From Antedon mediterranea (lineage: Eukaryota > Animalia > Echinodermata), in the NCBI RefSeq assembly GCF_964355755.1, contig NC_092676.1, positions 8,409,888 to 8,473,887 on the forward strand: a stretch of 64,000 nucleotides of DNA, in the 5' to 3' direction. The notes beneath the pieces are model-generated. The model had not been told where the DNA came from, searched no databases, and saw nothing but the letters and a program-made list of their open reading frames with translations. The translations under genes and the position numbers were made by a program. Numbering within the stretch: position 1 is the stretch's first letter; each line of letters begins with the position of its first letter. Below, piece after piece: positions 59,553 to 64,000 of the stretch.

Positions 59553-62046
59553 GTTAGTTAATAAAATGGGATAATACTGTAAAACCTCAAAAAGAAGCCC
59601 ATCAAAGAGTACTAAAAAAGAAGAAGCCGATAGGCTTTTTTTCAAGGTTCTACGATATTTCTGCTTAGTTTTAGTTGTACTGCCCTGCATTTGAAGGTAA
59701 GTTTAAGTTGTTTTTCGTTTTTGCTGAGTGACCGTACTATATATAAGAGAGAGTTCAATGTCATTTTTGTTACTATACAAATGGGATCTAAATAACTGGA
59801 ATTATACTGTGAAACAGTGGTACAGTACTTGTAGAGTAGTTTATAAAATAGAAATGTCAAAACTGGAAACCGAATATGTTTGAGGAACTGGAAGAAAGAA
59901 AAAAAAACCAGGATGGAAGAACACAAGAAAGATGTGGAAATGAACACCGACGAGGCCCGACAAAACGTCTTGACTTGTCTGCTGTGTGATTTGAATGCCG
60001 AGTCGTCTTGAGATAGCGTCGGGAGGAGTTTTTAGGTCGTCATGAGAACTTTAAACATATTGAATTTTCTCCCGATGAGACTACTCGTCAGCAGACAATA
60101 CTGTCTGATTTGGCTCTAAGAACAAAATCAACTCACAAAACAGAATTCAACCTGCAGTAACAGATCAAATAAACAAATTTAGCCAAAAAATAGATAGTTA
60201 AATCAAAAATATTATTATTTGAAAAAGAATGAATAAATCAATATATAATTTATAAAAGAATCTTTACGGATCAGGAAAAATAAAAATACCATGTCTGATT
60301 ATATGACCAACTCATTTCACCTAAATGAAGTTGAAGAACTTCGGAAAATCGCTGACTACAGCTACCAAAGCTACTCCTAGAATCCACTAACATCCAGTCA
60401 TTGCCAGATGAAGATTTGTTGACAACAAGTCGAAACGTCGCACACACATGTTTCCAATTACGTAAAGAATTGTATACAGATATATACTTTGTACTCTTTT
60501 CTGTCATTTATTATACATTTTTCTTAAATTAACTTATACTCTGAATGCTTTTCATGAAATTAGAAAAAAATACATAATAAATATTAATAAATGTGTACAA
60601 TATTTTCTTTCTAAATATATGTCACATAATGAAATACTACAACTGTCTCATGTAAACATATCTTTAATTATCAACTTTATTGTTGTACAGTACAAAAAAA
60701 ACGAATTCTGATTATTTATTTATTTTATTTATTCAATTTCTGCCATAAACATAAGAAGACAAAACAATTATAAAAGGAGGCACGGAAAGACCAAACAGGT
60801 GCTAAACACCTATGCTAGTTGGTCAACCCAGATTAAATTATTATATCGGTATATTTTATTCACATAAAAGATCATACATGGCTGAATTGTGTATTTTCAC
60901 CAATGCAACAAATTAATTTGATTAGCACAAACATGAAACACGTTTTAGGGACGACAGTTACCTAAAAAGCACAAAACTTGGTAAACTATATTATAAGACA
61001 GGTCAGTATTCAAGTAAAGTGTAATCACAAACTATAGAGGGCGCAATCATGAATTATAGTCTTATCAATAATAAAGTTCTGTGGCTTGGGTGTATGAATA
61101 ATGAAGATGTATCCATAGTGATAGAAATTAATTAATTATGTCACTTTCCAATTAAACATGGTTGTACACCAATAGAACGGATTCATTGTGTTTGTAATAA
61201 TAATTAATTTGGAGGTAAATCATTTCTTTGTAATATTTGTATTTTAAGAAATACTGTAATACAAATGATTTTCCTGATAAATTCAAATTAATTATTACTT
61301 TACAATACATTATTATGCAGAATTTTTTAAATAGGAAGGAAGAGCAAGGTGCGATCATTATTTTCGTATTAATTGGAGACTCCTTAGCCGAAAGACAGCC
61401 GAACTACCTACAGTAAATATAACTTAACCTAACCATCTAAATAATCTTTCACTATAAAGTAAAAAGAAGTAGCTCATGGGACTTGAACCCCATACATCGA
61501 CATGTCGAGTCCATAGTCTAATCCACTCGACTAACAGGCGGCTCGATGGAATGCGTTTTTATTAGCGAATCATTTCTTATGTCACACATTCTGGATATGA
61601 CTAATGAATATTCATGACGTTTCATGAGGGGTCCACAACTTAAGTGCAAAAAGAAACATCGTGAGCAGGGTGGTGGTTAGGTTAAGACGAGGGTCTAAAA
61701 ATTGTGATGTGAAATACTGAAGCAATTAATTGAATATGATATGTGTTCCAAAAAAAGAATCAAGTCCGTAAAAAAAGTACCGAATAATTGATTTAGATAT
61801 CTAAACCATTGAATACAAAAATAAAATATTGTACTTTTTCTATGCAATTGTCAAAATATAGCCTTGGGTCTATGTGTTTAATAGCTAGGCCTAATAAATA
61901 AATGAGTGTTTACTGGTTGGAGCCAATTTAGTCCAGCAAATCTTGCTTGCCAAACCTGCTTACTGCTTGGGGAGAACACTGTATAATAATAACCTGCATT
62001 TTAAAATTGTTTGCAATTAACTTGTTAAAACTATAATCAACTCTTA

Positions 62047-62214
62047 AGCTCTGTCTACATTATCAAGCTACAGTAGTTCGACAAAAAAAGTTTGATGTGC
62101 CCAAATATGGTAGTGATACAGTACTGTATGCCCAAATGTGATATGACATCATTGTGTCCATATGAGCACATCACATTTTTTTGTCACATAAATTTTGATA
62201 GTGTAGACAAAGCT
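62047..62214. mobile_element. Family B MITE carrying TA-flanked footprints
   Basis: TTA|AGCTCTGTCTACATTATCAAG...TTTGATAGTGTAGACAAAGCT|TAA. Confidence 0.8.
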
Positions 62215-64000
62215 TAAGACTACTCACTATAGAGACATACAAAAAATTTGTACATTTTTCAATTTGCTGCACCCACCAGGAATCAACTTTCCATCACTGG
62301 AAATAACACCATTATTATAATTTAAAGTTCCAATTTGTTCATAAATTTATATGAAATCTCTCAATATGTTAACTTATAAATGTGTGTATTACTATTATTC
62401 ATAGCTCAAGAAATAAGATTTTTTATTAGGAAATCTAACTAATATTGTCCCACCGGACTACTTGATTATTAATTTTGAATATGTATTGTTAGAATAGCAT
62501 CTATAATACAAATATCTATTTTGAATACTGTATATTCGCATTAATCTTTTGTAGCTGTAGCTGTTGATAACAATAAACATACAATAACAACAAGATAAAA
62601 ACATTAGACGGAAATAAATAGCATGTAAAAATATAAAATATAAAAATCTGTGAAAAGACATCACTCAAATTCAAGCCTAGATTATGCATAATGTAATTAA
62701 TATTATTGCACAAAATGTTGCTTTATAAATGTATTTTTGTAGAAATAAATTCAATTTGAAATTATTTATACTTTTTGAAATGATATTGAATGGTAAAGAT
62801 TATTTTGATAAACTAAATATAATATCAAAGTATTTGGTTCGATAGAAAATTCTATAAAAAATGGATTTCAAAAGATCCTAATATGTTAATTTGACACATT
62901 AACACATTTTAACATCATAATGAAATGTAATGACTGTAGGAAAGTAGTACACAATATTCCATAAAAGAACTTCTGTTTTATGTTTGTGCATGTTAAATGC
63001 AATAGATATCTTCTCCTCATATCATTTACAAATTCAAGTCATAGAGAAAAAAAAAGCATTAATGTATGCATGTTGTAAGATCAATTATCTGATGAATACA
63101 GGGACTAGTCGTAAGCGTGTCGGTAATACAGCGTGATAAAGTATTTTAATATTTTACTTTAGCAGCATTACAATTCATGACAATACTCCGTATTTGCTTT
63201 TAAAGCATGAAAATTGGTACTGTGTATCCCTAGTGTGCTCGTGACATTATCAAAATCATTTGCGATGCCGTGTACATTATCCGATGTAGAACAGTGTATT
63301 GGCGGCTGATACACAATCACATACACACCTAAATGACATGAAGTGCGACATTTGCACATATCGGCTTAATTATCTGGTGCATTTGGACGTGGAAAAGCAA
63401 TTGGAATGCATCATTGGGAAGGCTATATTCCGCAGGAAGATAGTCCTTCAAAGATTTGAATGTAACACGATAGATATTTAGACTGATAGAGGGAGAAGGC
63501 CGTCAATCGTCTCATCACCTCGGAGCCGTGGCTACTCCGTCTGGAATTAAATCGTTGCACAATCAGCTGAGTTTTCTACCTGTGTAATATTTAGTGTGTT
63601 TTGCAAAATGTATGCATGATGAATAGCATTTTATAGTGTAGATTGCAAATGCAGTCGTGTTCACTTTACGCAGATTGCTTAGATTATAAACTCAGGCTAA
63701 AGTATGTTAAATTCTGATGTTAGTTATTGACTTGCTCTCTCATGTTTTGTCCTATATTATTATTTCTTATTGTTGTCAACATTTACTCACGATTTAATTG
63801 TTTTCATATTTCATGCAAGTGTTATTGTATTGCTCCTTGATTATTGTATTGCTCCTTGATTATTGTAATAATTGTTATTGTTGTTTATATATTACTGTAC
63901 TATACTATACAGTGCATTTATCATACTATTACTACTGCACCAGTAGCGGCACTGTAGCTTGGTGATTTTATCATTACTTATCAATACCACCAGTGTTCTA

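Noticed and set aside
63168-63540. Decayed LINE endonuclease fragment (VIVYQPP motif, minus strand)
   Set aside because: Only one short motif, interrupted by stops; insufficient without a profile search.

Overview
AT-rich, intron-containing animal genomic DNA, probably a marine invertebrate; the taxon cannot be fixed from sequence alone. Three host genes can be built by hand from GT-AG exons. (1) A minus-strand gene has a signal-peptide exon at 27298-27220, a ~27 kb repeat-filled intron, and exons at 338-250 and 36-<1. It reads as a prepro-protein with a KR-Q site and runs off the left edge. (2) Nup50 is complete, with 6 coding exons at 38484-43309 (417 aa) and an unusual 4-Cys insertion in its Ran-binding domain. 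(3) The 5' part of a PHF21A/B (BHC80) gene spans 46934->59552. The most striking feature is a 2554-bp element (55555-58108) in PHF21 intron 4, with perfect 28-bp CAGGGAG TIRs and a 7-bp TSD. It carries two convergent genes: a RAG1-N-terminus-like zinc domain on + and an acidic-stretch plus ING-type PHD finger on -. The layout recalls RAG1/RAG2, but the termini, the 7-bp TSD and several TIR-retaining excision scars (one exactly 17+17 bp) point to P-element chemistry, and no catalytic domain is left in this copy. The rest of the window is MITEs (Kolobok-, Harbinger- and hAT-like), tRNA-derived SINEs, mini/microsatellites and many TA-flanked excision footprints. All homology calls come from recalled sequence motifs, not database searches.
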